From: Candidatus Omnitrophica bacterium UBA6249 | GTDB lineage: Bacteria; Omnitrophota; Gorgyraeia; Gygaellales; Profunditerraquicolaceae | Assembly (NCBI GenBank): GCA_002441305.1 | Contig: DJVT01000003.1 | Span: 39,226-103,225, forward strand | DNA: 64,000 nucleotides | Reading direction: 5' to 3' | Shown here: piece by piece, positions 1 to 8,947 of the stretch | How the letters are laid out: every line of letters begins with the position of its first letter | Numbering within the stretch: position 1 is the first letter of the stretch | The notes under the pieces: model-generated | Seen by the model: the letters and a program-made list of their open reading frames with translations, nothing else | Databases searched by the model: none | What the model was told of the DNA's origin: nothing | Program-made: the position numbers and the translations under genes

Positions 1-490
1 AAAAAATAATATCCGGGTCCAGCGCTATAGCCCTGGCAAGTCCCGCCCTTTTTTTCATGCCGCCGCTCAACTCGACAGGATAAAAGTCCGCGTAAGCGCC
101 CAGCCCCACAAGCCCGAGTTTTAATATAGCGAGATCCTGGATCTGCGGGGCAGAAAGGCTGGAATACATCTGAAGGGGAAGCGCGACATTTTCCTGCAGG
201 GTCAAAGAGCTCCAGAGCGCCCCTCCCTGATAGAGCACCCCGAACCTGCGCATCATCTCCTGTCTCCTCTGCTCATCCGCCTTCCAAAAATCCACCCCTC
301 CGTAGAGGATCTCCCCTTTCTGCGGAGGGTTAAGCCCGATCATCGCTTTAAGCAAAGTGCTCTTTCCGCACCCGCTACCCCCCATGATAACGAACACCTC
401 TCCTTTTTTGACGCTGAAGTCTATCCCGCGCAGGACCGGAAAACCGTCATAACCCAAATCCAGGTTTTTTACCTCGATTACAGTTTCCAA
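1..490 (-). CDS. ABC transporter ATP-binding protein, MlaF-like (3' end beyond window edge)
   Basis: Not in the ORF track because it runs off the window. My minus-strand translation from TTG at 490 reads LETVIEVKNLDLGYDGFPVLRGIDFSVKKGEVFVIMGGSGCGKSTLLK...YPVELSGGMKKRAGLARAIALDPDIIF, with Walker A GGSGCGKST and ABC signature LSGGMKKR. It starts 4 nt after the stop of the upstream permease. Confidence 0.8.
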   Translation of the reverse strand, partial: METVIEVKNLDLGYDGFPVLRGIDFSVKKGEVFVIMGGSGCGKSTLLKAMIGLNPPQKGEILYGGVDFWKADEQRRQEMMRRFGVLYQGGALWSSLTLQENVALPLQMYSSLSAPQIQDLAILKLGLVGLGAYADFYPVELSGGMKKRAGLARAIALDPDIIF

Positions 491-493
491 TAA

Positions 494-1621
494 TTATACT
501 CCTATTATTTGACAAACAAAGGTAATTACCGCTGTAGCGATAACTATATAAGTTATCGCCGTGACCACCGCCGAAGTAGTGGCCTCTCCGACCCCCGCAG
601 AACTCCTCTCGCACTTTAATCCGCGGTAACATCCGGAAACCGAAATAATCAAACCAAAAACAAAGCTATGAATAAGCCCCAGCCAGAGATTGGTCAGGCT
701 CACCGCGGACAAAGTATGATTTATGTATTCCACCGGATTAAGGCCGAGGATGGCCGTACTGATCACAAAGCCCCCGATGATACCCATCAAATCCGCATAA
801 AGAGTCAAAAGCGGCATCATTACCGCCAACGCCAGTATGCGCGGCACAACCAGAAACTCCACAGGTGATACGCCCAGCGTCTTCAAAGCGTCGATCTCTT
901 CATTTGACTGCATGATCCCCAGTTCCGCGGCAAAACTTGCCCCGGTCCGTCCGGACATCAGCACGGCGGTCATTACCGCTCCCATTACGCGCACCATGGC
1001 AATACCTACTATATCGGCAATATAAATCTGGGCCCCGAACATCCTAAGCTGTATCGCTCCGATAAAAGCAAGAATTACCCCCACCAGCAAAGTAATCAAA
1101 GAAACCAGCCCCAGCGCGTCTATCCCGCACCTCTGCACAATGAGGAAAAAATCGTCCTTACGGAAAAAGGCCCTGCCGCGGAAAAGCCGGTTGAAGGAAA
1201 TCACGATCTCCCCCAGGAATTCCAACACGGACAAAAAGGCATATTTAGTCCTAAGAATACCGCCTCCCACAATATCAAAAAACGGCTCCTTCGGCCCCTC
1301 TCTATGCCCGCCATGCGCGATTTGCGGATGCTGCGCGATAAGGAACAGTTTTTGCGCATGCTCCGGCAGCCCGGTGACGGAAAGGGCAATCTTTTTTTCC
1401 TTTAAAAGATGCTCCAGCTGTATAAGAAAAGAAACAAAAGCGCTATCCCATTTAAAACCGGGGGAAACACTCAACTCGGCACCGGATATTCCGCCGCGGG
1501 AACTTATCCGGCTGAAGGCCTCTTCGGCCAAAGGGCATCCCGCCGTAATTCTCCAGTCCCCGCTTAACTCTACGCGCACCAAGCCTTCTTTAGAATAATC
1601 AAAAACGATTTTATCCGGCAT
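494..1621 (-). CDS. MlaE/YrbE-family ABC permease with N-terminal soluble (STAS-like) extension
   Basis: 375-aa ORF. The C-terminal ~260 aa are multi-pass hydrophobic in the MlaE style (LGIMQSNEEIDALKTLGVSP motif region). It sits directly upstream of the MlaF-like ATPase. Confidence 0.75.
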   Translation of the reverse strand: MPDKIVFDYSKEGLVRVELSGDWRITAGCPLAEEAFSRISSRGGISGAELSVSPGFKWDSAFVSFLIQLEHLLKEKKIALSVTGLPEHAQKLFLIAQHPQIAHGGHREGPKEPFFDIVGGGILRTKYAFLSVLEFLGEIVISFNRLFRGRAFFRKDDFFLIVQRCGIDALGLVSLITLLVGVILAFIGAIQLRMFGAQIYIADIVGIAMVRVMGAVMTAVLMSGRTGASFAAELGIMQSNEEIDALKTLGVSPVEFLVVPRILALAVMMPLLTLYADLMGIIGGFVISTAILGLNPVEYINHTLSAVSLTNLWLGLIHSFVFGLIISVSGCYRGLKCERSSAGVGEATTSAVVTAITYIVIATAVITFVCQIIGV

Positions 1622-1682
1622 ATATTATGCTTACCCCTTGTTTAACGGCAACCGCGCATGCTTGCGCCGTATCTGCGCCATC

Positions 1683-2015
1683 TTAGAAACTCGCGGCGAT
1701 GTTATTGTCGTTGATGAGCACCGCCTTAAGGCCCCCGTCCTCCAGCCTGTAATACTTCACATTCACGTTGTCGTTTGACTCGAGGTCATCAAGCATTATA
1801 TCATCCTCGCCGCGCTGGATCTTTGTCTCCGGGTCTACGGTAAACTTCATCTCCTCATTCCCGGAATCTATTACCAGTACGGAACCGATTGAATCTACCT
1901 GGGTGACGACGCCATAACTGGTGTATATTGCGACAGCGTCACTCTCCTGGCAAAACCCCGTTTTTCCGGACAATAAAAATACCGCCGTAAAAAATACGCA
2001 GAATAAAACCCTCAT
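1683..2015 (-). CDS. small secreted hypothetical protein
   Basis: The ORF has an internal Met followed by a signal-peptide-like MRVLFCVFFTAVFLLSGKTGFCQE. I recognise no family. Confidence 0.45.
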   Translation of the reverse strand: MRVLFCVFFTAVFLLSGKTGFCQESDAVAIYTSYGVVTQVDSIGSVLVIDSGNEEMKFTVDPETKIQRGEDDIMLDDLESNDNVNVKYYRLEDGGLKAVLINDNNIAASF

Positions 2016-2037
2016 CTCAACCCCCCTCCTATCTAAG

Positions 2038-2496
2038 TTATTCGCTATTTTTGCTTTTGTCAAGCGATTGCTCCTTCTCCCTGACAGCCCTTCTTACCTC
2101 GTTCATCAAAGCCTGGTCGCCGCATTTAAATCCCTGCGCCATTCCCCTGTCGATTCCCTGAAGCACTACCCCGGCCGATTCGCCTGAAGGAACGCCCGCC
2201 GCAATCAATTCATCCATATAGTTGATCGATGTATTCATTGCGCCGCCGAAAATGCCTTTCCTGTACAATTGCACGACTGCGGTTACCAGATCATCCCGGT
2301 TTGCGCCCCTGGCAAGCATAGACCGCAATGCGGCGCTATTGGAGCGGATATCCTCCGCAGGTACCCGGGAGCGCGCCAAGCCTGCCCTTAACTTCCTGAA
2401 GGAGGCAGCCGGATCCTCCTCTTGCGCGCAAACGGAAGAAACAACCAAAAAGCCGCATAAACATGATAAATACAAAATAATACCCCGCTTCCTCAT
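2038..2496 (-). CDS. secreted hypothetical protein
   Basis: 152-aa ORF with N-terminal signal peptide (MRKRGIILYLSCLCGFLVVSSVCAQE). I recognise no family. Confidence 0.45.
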   Translation of the reverse strand: MRKRGIILYLSCLCGFLVVSSVCAQEEDPAASFRKLRAGLARSRVPAEDIRSNSAALRSMLARGANRDDLVTAVVQLYRKGIFGGAMNTSINYMDELIAAGVPSGESAGVVLQGIDRGMAQGFKCGDQALMNEVRRAVREKEQSLDKSKNSE

Positions 2497-2521
2497 CCTG
2501 TTCCCTCCCTGTAGAAAATGC

Positions 2522-3649
2522 CTATGCTATCTGCCTCCTGAACCTGAGGGCGCTCATAGAAATTACAATCAGGCCTATGGCTAAAAGGGGAAGGAAATTA
2601 CCCCACAATATACCCATCCCCACCCCCTTCAGGAATATCCCCCTTACGATAACCAGGTAATAGCGCATAGGGTTTATCAAAGTAAAATACTGGATGCACT
2701 GCGGCATATTCGCTATCGGATAAGCGAACCCCGACAGCAGGAATACCGGCATATAAAACAGGAATACCGACATCATCGCTTCCTGCTGGGTGGAGGCTAC
2801 CGTTGAGATAAACAACCCTATGCCCAGGCTGGTAAATAAATATACACAAGTAGCCAGTATAAGCAATGCCAGGCTTCCCCGGAAAGGTATGTGAAACCAG
2901 ACTACCCCCAATATCGTAATCATGGCGCACTGGATAAGCGCGATTACCCCGAACGGCAGCAGCTTTCCGAAAATAAGCTCAAGCGGCCTCAAGGGGCTGA
3001 CGATGAGCTGCTCCATCGTACCGATCTCCTTCTCACGGACTATCGCCATGGCGGTCAGGAGAAGGGACATGATCGTCACGATAGACGCAACCACTCCCGG
3101 CAGGTAATAGTCGCGGGAAACCAGGTTCCCGTTGAACCAGGCGCGGTCCCTTAAATCCACGCTCGGGATCCCGGAATCTACCCCGATAGAAGCAGCCTTA
3201 TCCTTCAGCATATCATATTGATATTTGCCCATGATCGACCCGGCATAACTCATTATGATCATCGCGGTATTCGAATCCGAACCGTCGAGGGAAAGCTGCA
3301 TGCTTGTCTCCCTGCCGGACCTGATATCGCGCCCGAATCCACGGTCGATGCGCAGCACTACGCTGGCCAGCCCCTTATCAAGCATGCGGTCCTGCTCCTG
3401 CTGGCTGTCGATATAATATTTAGGTATGAAATACCCGGAATAGGTAAACCTGTGCAGAAGGTAACGGCTCTCCTTGGTATTATCCTGGTCGTAAATAGCT
3501 GTGGGGATAAAATCGATATCCCGGTTCGCCGCATAACCAAAAAGGATTATCTGCAGGATAGGAGAAATCAGAATAACGGTCCTCATGCGGGGGTCGCGCA
3601 GGACCTGCTTGAATTCCTTGATCAATATGGCCTTTATCCTCTCCAGCAT
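2522..3649 (-). CDS. ABC-2 type transporter permease (YbhS/YbhR-like)
   Basis: Start trimmed to MLERIKAILIKEFKQVLRDPRMR, whose ATG overlaps the upstream stop by 1 nt (TGATG, ATG 3649-3647). It has a large extracytoplasmic loop and then a 5-6 TM C-terminal ABC-2 domain. Confidence 0.85.
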   Translation of the reverse strand: MLERIKAILIKEFKQVLRDPRMRTVILISPILQIILFGYAANRDIDFIPTAIYDQDNTKESRYLLHRFTYSGYFIPKYYIDSQQEQDRMLDKGLASVVLRIDRGFGRDIRSGRETSMQLSLDGSDSNTAMIIMSYAGSIMGKYQYDMLKDKAASIGVDSGIPSVDLRDRAWFNGNLVSRDYYLPGVVASIVTIMSLLLTAMAIVREKEIGTMEQLIVSPLRPLELIFGKLLPFGVIALIQCAMITILGVVWFHIPFRGSLALLILATCVYLFTSLGIGLFISTVASTQQEAMMSVFLFYMPVFLLSGFAYPIANMPQCIQYFTLINPMRYYLVIVRGIFLKGVGMGILWGNFLPLLAIGLIVISMSALRFRRQIA

Positions 3650-4782
3650 CAGAACACCTTCTTCTTGAACTTCTTTATCGCCAGGGAAAACATAAGCAAG
3701 GCAAAAAGCAGCAAAAACAAAGCCTCGTCCCACATCACGTCTATCCCGTTGCCTTTCAGGAAAAGGCCACGCAGTATTGTCACATAATAACGCGCCGGGA
3801 TAAAATAAGTGACTGCCTGGACAGCCTGTGGCATATTGAATATCGGGTAGATAAAACCAGACAGGAGCATCGTCGGGATAAATGTGGTCAACATAGCCAG
3901 CTGGCTGGCCAGAAGCTGCGATCTGGCGACGGTAGAGATAAATATCCCCTGCGAAAGGGCACCGACCAGGAACAAGGAACTTAAGAATACAAGCAGGCTG
4001 TAGCTCCCCCTGAAAGGAACGCCGAAAAACAGCCTGGCCATCACCACTCCCACAAAAAGGTCAAGGAAACCGATCGTAAAATACGGGATGAATTTGCCAA
4101 TGATCAACTCCGGGGCTTTCACGGGAGTGGAAATAAGCTGTTCCATCGTCCCCCTCTCCCACTCTTTGGCTACACAGATAGAAGTAAGCAAGGCGGCGAT
4201 GATCATGATAATCATCGCGATGACCCCGGGTACAATAAACCAGGTGCTGCTCAGGCTCATGTTGTACCATATCCTCGAACGCATATCTACGGAGCCCGGC
4301 TGGCTGACGCCATGGCGGTTAAGGAAATCGACGATCAGTTTTACGTTATAACCCGTTACTACGGAACGTACGTACCCCATGGCGATGGTGGCGGTATTGG
4401 AATCGCTTCCGTCAACAAGCAGCTGCAAAGGAGAGGATTTGCCCCCTTCGATAAAATGGGAAAAATCCTTGGGGATGACCAGGGCCATGATCACGTCCCC
4501 GCTGTCAATCATGCGCTGTATATCCCGGTAGTTATCCGTATATTTCACGATCTTGAAATACTTGGAGTTCCTGAAATTGAGCAGGAAATCGCGTGACAAC
4601 TGCGAAGAGGCATCCTGGTTCCATACTACGGTCCTCACCCTGTCTATATCCAGCGACAGGCCGTAGCCGAATATAAGCAGCAATAAGACGGGGATGAACA
4701 ACGCCAGGGCCAGAGAACGCGGGTCGCGGCGTATCTGGATAAATTCCTTACTGGATATGGCCAGGACTCTCTTAAAATTCAC
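3649..4782 (-). CDS. ABC-2 type transporter permease (YbhS/YbhR-like)
   Basis: 377 aa, paralogous to the downstream permease (SSKEFIQIRRDPRSL N-terminus and the same architecture). Confidence 0.85.
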   Translation of the reverse strand: MNFKRVLAISSKEFIQIRRDPRSLALALFIPVLLLLIFGYGLSLDIDRVRTVVWNQDASSQLSRDFLLNFRNSKYFKIVKYTDNYRDIQRMIDSGDVIMALVIPKDFSHFIEGGKSSPLQLLVDGSDSNTATIAMGYVRSVVTGYNVKLIVDFLNRHGVSQPGSVDMRSRIWYNMSLSSTWFIVPGVIAMIIMIIAALLTSICVAKEWERGTMEQLISTPVKAPELIIGKFIPYFTIGFLDLFVGVVMARLFFGVPFRGSYSLLVFLSSLFLVGALSQGIFISTVARSQLLASQLAMLTTFIPTMLLSGFIYPIFNMPQAVQAVTYFIPARYYVTILRGLFLKGNGIDVMWDEALFLLLFALLMFSLAIKKFKKKVF

Positions 4783-5750
4783 TTTTCCTTATGCTGTGCA
4801 TCATAATTCTCGATCAAGGAGACGAAAACGTCCTCGAGAGAAGCCTTGATCTTGTTTATGGAATACCCGCTCGCCCCCCGGCTGTCAAGAACCTTCTTTA
4901 TATCCAGCGCGGCCTTTTGCGCGTCAAAAACGACAGCATGGATATTCACTCCGAAAAGAGCGGTCTCTTTGACCGATTCCAGGCCTGATATCTCATCGAT
5001 CCACATCTCCGCCTGGGGCATGGACACTTCCAGGATCTCATGCTTCATGATACCGATCTTCATCTCTTCGGGGGAGCCCATGGCGATCATCGTACCGTGG
5101 TATATCATCACCAGGCGGTCGCAGTTCTCCGCCTCATCCATATAATGCGTAGTTACAAAAATAGTCTTCCCCTTGCTTGCCATCCCCTTGATTATATCCC
5201 AGAAGTTGGCACGGGTAATCGGGTCGACCCCGGAAGTCGGCTCATCCAAGAAAATAATATTCGGCTGATGGATTATCGCGCACCCCAAAGCCAGGCGCTG
5301 CTTCCACCCTCCGGAAAGGGTGCTGGTAAGGCTGGTGCGAAAACCCTCTATGCCGGCCAGCTCTATAGTCTCGTCCCTGCGCTTCAGTCTTTCCTTTTCC
5401 GGTATATTGTATATCCGGCTGTAGAAATCTATATTCTCTTCCACAGTCAGATCATCATACAGGGAGAACTTCTGCGACATATAACCTATATGCTCCTTGA
5501 TCCTGTACTGCTCCCTGATGATATCGAATCCCCCGACGCTGCCGCTGCCGGAAGTAGGCGTGTATATACCGCAAAGCATCCTGATCGTAGTGGACTTCCC
5601 CGCCCCGTTGGGCCCCAGGAAACCAAAAATCTCCCCCTGCCTGACTTCGAAGTCTATATGATTGACCGCGACGAAATCCCCGAACCTTTTTTCCAGGCCC
5701 TTCACCATCACGGCAACCCCGTTGTTCTTATTGCCCGGATTCATATTCAT
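4779..5750 (-). CDS. ABC transporter ATP-binding protein (YbhF-like half)
   Basis: Walker A GPNGAGKST, signature LSGGWKQR, Walker B IIFLDEPTSG. Confidence 0.9.
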   Translation of the reverse strand: MNMNPGNKNNGVAVMVKGLEKRFGDFVAVNHIDFEVRQGEIFGFLGPNGAGKSTTIRMLCGIYTPTSGSGSVGGFDIIREQYRIKEHIGYMSQKFSLYDDLTVEENIDFYSRIYNIPEKERLKRRDETIELAGIEGFRTSLTSTLSGGWKQRLALGCAIIHQPNIIFLDEPTSGVDPITRANFWDIIKGMASKGKTIFVTTHYMDEAENCDRLVMIYHGTMIAMGSPEEMKIGIMKHEILEVSMPQAEMWIDEISGLESVKETALFGVNIHAVVFDAQKAALDIKKVLDSRGASGYSINKIKASLEDVFVSLIENYDAQHKEK

Positions 5751-6462
5751 TTATTATCCTGACAAAGGCCTGCTCCAGAGTCTTCACGCCTATCTCATTC
5801 TTGATGTTGCCCGGGCTGTCGCATCGCAACAGTCTACCCTTATGTATCAAGGCGACTCTACGGCAGCGCTCGGCTTCATCGAGATAAGAAGTGGAATAGA
5901 AAATGGTAACTTTTTCCTTCAACAGGTCGTAAAGGATCTTCCAGAAGTCCCTGCGTGAGACCGGGTCTACCCCGTTTGTAGGTTCATCCAGAAATAATAC
6001 CCTCGGGGTATGCACGAGGGCACAGGCGAGCCCAAGTTTTTGCTTCATCCCCCCCGAGAGTTTACCGGCGAGTCTTTGTTTAAATGGGATAAGACCGGAA
6101 AATCCGAGCAGCTTATCGATTACCTGAGAGCGGTCTTTTTTGGAAACACAGAATACATCCGCGTAAAAGTTTATGTTTTCCAGTACAGTAAGCTCTTCAT
6201 AAAGCCCGAAACGCTGGGACATATAAGCGATATTATCCTTTAAGGCTTCGGATTCCTTGACGATATGCCTGCCGTAAACCCACCCTTCCCCGGAGGTAGG
6301 CTCGAGTATCCCCGTCAAAAGGCGCATGGTAGTGCTCTTCCCTGCCCCGTCCGGGCCAACCAGGCCGAATATCTCACCCTCCTCTATTTCAAGGTCTAAA
6401 TCAGCAAGCGCGGTATTATCCCCAAACTTTCTGGTAAGATGCGAAGCCTTTATGGCGATCAT
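5728..6462 (-). CDS. ABC transporter ATP-binding protein (YbhF-like half)
   Basis: Walker A GPDGAGKST, signature LSGGMKQK, Walker B VLFLDEPTNG. Confidence 0.9.
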   Translation of the reverse strand: MIAIKASHLTRKFGDNTALADLDLEIEEGEIFGLVGPDGAGKSTTMRLLTGILEPTSGEGWVYGRHIVKESEALKDNIAYMSQRFGLYEELTVLENINFYADVFCVSKKDRSQVIDKLLGFSGLIPFKQRLAGKLSGGMKQKLGLACALVHTPRVLFLDEPTNGVDPVSRRDFWKILYDLLKEKVTIFYSTSYLDEAERCRRVALIHKGRLLRCDSPGNIKNEIGVKTLEQAFVRIINEYESGQ

Positions 6463-6465
6463 GGG

Positions 6466-7299
6466 CTAATCTATGATATAGGCGTCTGCAGGCATGCCGG
6501 GCTTAAGCTCCAGACTGGAATTATCGACCCTGACCTTTATCCTGTAAACCAACTTGACCCTTTCCTGCGTAGTTTGTATAGTCTTAGGGGTAAACTCAGC
6601 TTCACTGGAAATAAAAGATACCCACCCTTTATACTTCTTATCCAGATAGGTATCCGTGACGACATAAGCCTGCTGGTTCAATTTCACCCTGCCCAAGTCG
6701 GTTTCATTTATATAGGCGGTAACCCAAAGGTTATTCAGGTCGATTACGGTAAATACCGGCGCGCCTATCTGCACCACTTCCCCGGCAAGGGCGCTTTTCA
6801 CCAGCACGTAACCGTTGAGGGGGGAACACAGCTCGGCAAACCCGAGCCTCGTTTTGGCAAGCTCGAAGGATGCATTCAATGCCTCGATATTTGCTTTATC
6901 CGCGTCTGCGAGGGTCTTGGCCGCGTCCCTCTTTTGCATGGGGATTGCCCCGGCCTTAAAAAGGTTCTCCGCACGTTCATAATCAAGCTTATCCAGGGCA
7001 TACTGGTGTTCCGCGGCCCTTAAGGCCCCCTCTGCGTTATCGCGTATCCTGGTCAACTCATCCGTGTTCAACCGGGCCAGCGTATCGCCTTCCTTGACCA
7101 CCTGCCCTTCATCGGTAAGCAGTTCGATGATCTGCCCCTGCACGCGGAAAGACAGACGCACGTCATCCCCCTCTATATTCCCGGAAACCTTGATAAAGTC
7201 GCGGCGGTGTTCGCCGGCCCTCCAGAAATACGCCGCGGCTATGCCGCAGGCAACCAGGACAAAAACGACAAGTGCAACCGGCTTAATTTTTTTGCTCAT
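6466..7299 (-). CDS. HlyD-family periplasmic adaptor (YbhG-like)
   Basis: N-terminal TM anchor, coiled-coil middle, C-terminal barrel (LKPGMPADAYI). It sits upstream of the two ATPases and two ABC-2 permeases. Confidence 0.85.
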   Translation of the reverse strand: MSKKIKPVALVVFVLVACGIAAAYFWRAGEHRRDFIKVSGNIEGDDVRLSFRVQGQIIELLTDEGQVVKEGDTLARLNTDELTRIRDNAEGALRAAEHQYALDKLDYERAENLFKAGAIPMQKRDAAKTLADADKANIEALNASFELAKTRLGFAELCSPLNGYVLVKSALAGEVVQIGAPVFTVIDLNNLWVTAYINETDLGRVKLNQQAYVVTDTYLDKKYKGWVSFISSEAEFTPKTIQTTQERVKLVYRIKVRVDNSSLELKPGMPADAYIID

Positions 7300-8854
7300 T
7301 TATTCCTCCCGATAGGAAACTCTTTCCCATAGTCCTGTCCAACTCCGCCTGGGCCATAAGGTAATCATAAATTGCCTGGGAAAGATTCGTCTCGACCTGG
7401 CTCAATGACACCTGGGCGTCAAGCACATCCAGGTTTTTTGCCTCCCCGTTATCATAGCTTACCCGGGCTATCTCCAGGGCCTCCCTAGCCTGCGCAACGT
7501 TATCTTTTTGGGAATCGATCAACTGCTCTGCCTCTTTCAGGTCAAGACAGGCCCGGCGCACGTCCACGGCGATACGCTCAACCACGTTCTCCTTGGTCAA
7601 GAGCGCCTGGTTATAACGTACCTTTGCGGCGTCAACCTTGGCTTTGGTGGAAAATCCGTCAAAAACCGCCAACGAAAACTTCAAGCCGATATTCCAGTTA
7701 TTATGCGCCCTGTTGAACATATTGCCCCAGTCATTCGAACGGAAATCATACCCGGCTCCTGCGCTGACCTGGGGGCGCCATCCGGATTTAGCCATCTGCA
7801 CCGACCATCTGCTTATATCTATGCCCAGAGTCCTCAAAATCATCTCAGGTTTGTTAAGATAAGCCTGCTGGAGAAAGTCGTCCTCCCTGACCTCGACCAG
7901 GCTATAAGTCAATTTCTTGTCGCTCACCTCCAGGCCGCTATCCTGTTTATAGGAAAGGAGTTTTTTCAACTCCGCCTTTATGAGCTCAACGGCATTTTTC
8001 GCCTTGACCAGCTCCGGGAGCGTCAGGGAGACCTGTACGCTCGACTGCAACAGGTCGAACCTCGAGGAAAGCCCCTGGGCGTACCTGTTCTTTACGTCTT
8101 CATAATGCTCTCTTGCGTTACCGGTGAGCTCCTGGGCAATCCTTTCCGTCTCGTAAGCAAGCAGCAATCCGTAATAAAGGCGCCGTGCCTCAAACTCTAT
8201 ATCAAGCTTCTTGGCGCGTAAAGTCTCCTCCGCCGCTTTAAGGTTTAGTTTGGCCTGGCTCAGGTTGGCAGTATTGAAACCCCCGCTGTAAAGCGTCTGG
8301 TTCAGGGAAACCCCTACGGAATTATCGTTTTTGTACCCCGTAAACACTCCGGGATCCTTTTTTCCCGCAGCCGCACTCGCGGCGACTGCTGCATTGCGGG
8401 TATACCCTGCATCAAGGTCAAGCTGCGGCAGAAGCCTGCTCTTTGCCCCTCCTATATCCGCGCGGGCGATCCCCAGCTCCTGCTCCTGAATCTGTATATC
8501 TATATTATTCCTGAATGCCGTACGTATTGTCTCCTGCAGGGAAAGCCCAGGCTCCTGGGCGCACGCCTTCCCCGCAAAAACAAAAATAAGGGCGATCATG
8601 ATGCAGAGGGATTTGGAAAGGATGCTTTTGATTTCGTTGTAAATCGGGCTGCGCGTATTGACTTGGAAAAACCTGGCGTTGGCCTTATACTCGCTTGAAA
8701 GCAATCCGTTCTTGTGCAGGCTTTCCAGGGCCCTTTGGAAGGTGCCGGGTTTCTTCTTCAACAGGCGTCCTATTTCCTGTATATAGAACTGGCGCTTGGG
8801 ATGGGTATAGAATAATTTAAGCAGCTTAAGCTTATTCTTGCTTAACAGGCTCAT
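7283..8854 (-). CDS. TolC-like outer-membrane efflux protein with an in-frame N-terminal winged-helix-like domain
   Basis: The ORF runs 7283-8884, with a likely start at MSLLSKNK (8854). The first ~82 aa after that start (ORF residues 11-92) look like a wHTH regulator (YIQEIGRLLKKKPGTFQRALESLHKNGLL). Next comes a signal-peptide-like IMIALIFVFAGKACAQE, then an OEP/TolC repeat domain. An alternative internal start at 8599 has no obvious SD. Confidence 0.7.
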   Translation of the reverse strand: MSLLSKNKLKLLKLFYTHPKRQFYIQEIGRLLKKKPGTFQRALESLHKNGLLSSEYKANARFFQVNTRSPIYNEIKSILSKSLCIMIALIFVFAGKACAQEPGLSLQETIRTAFRNNIDIQIQEQELGIARADIGGAKSRLLPQLDLDAGYTRNAAVAASAAAGKKDPGVFTGYKNDNSVGVSLNQTLYSGGFNTANLSQAKLNLKAAEETLRAKKLDIEFEARRLYYGLLLAYETERIAQELTGNAREHYEDVKNRYAQGLSSRFDLLQSSVQVSLTLPELVKAKNAVELIKAELKKLLSYKQDSGLEVSDKKLTYSLVEVREDDFLQQAYLNKPEMILRTLGIDISRWSVQMAKSGWRPQVSAGAGYDFRSNDWGNMFNRAHNNWNIGLKFSLAVFDGFSTKAKVDAAKVRYNQALLTKENVVERIAVDVRRACLDLKEAEQLIDSQKDNVAQAREALEIARVSYDNGEAKNLDVLDAQVSLSQVETNLSQAIYDYLMAQAELDRTMGKSFLSGGINEQKN

Positions 8855-8876
8855 TTCCGGTCCTATTATGCATTTA

Positions 8877-8940
8877 GCATACAATTATATTATTATGCAT
8901 ACAATTATATACATTTTGCATATATTGTCAAGGACAATAT
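8877..8940 (-). promoter_or_regulatory. sigma70-like promoter with tandem 14-nt direct repeats and a palindrome over the -35
   Basis: On the minus strand, TTGACA (8926-8931) is separated by 16 nt from TATAAT (8904-8909). GCATACAATTATAT occurs twice (8877-8890, 8897-8910; 20-nt period). The palindrome ATATTGTC-aag-GACAATAT spans 8922-8940. Confidence 0.5.
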
Positions 8941-8947
8941 CCTGTTT

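Noticed and set aside
447-632. A 61-aa minus-strand ORF spanning the MlaE/MlaF junction.
   Set aside because: It is in an alternative frame overlapping two well-supported genes. Its composition is Gly/Arg-rich and it matches no motif.
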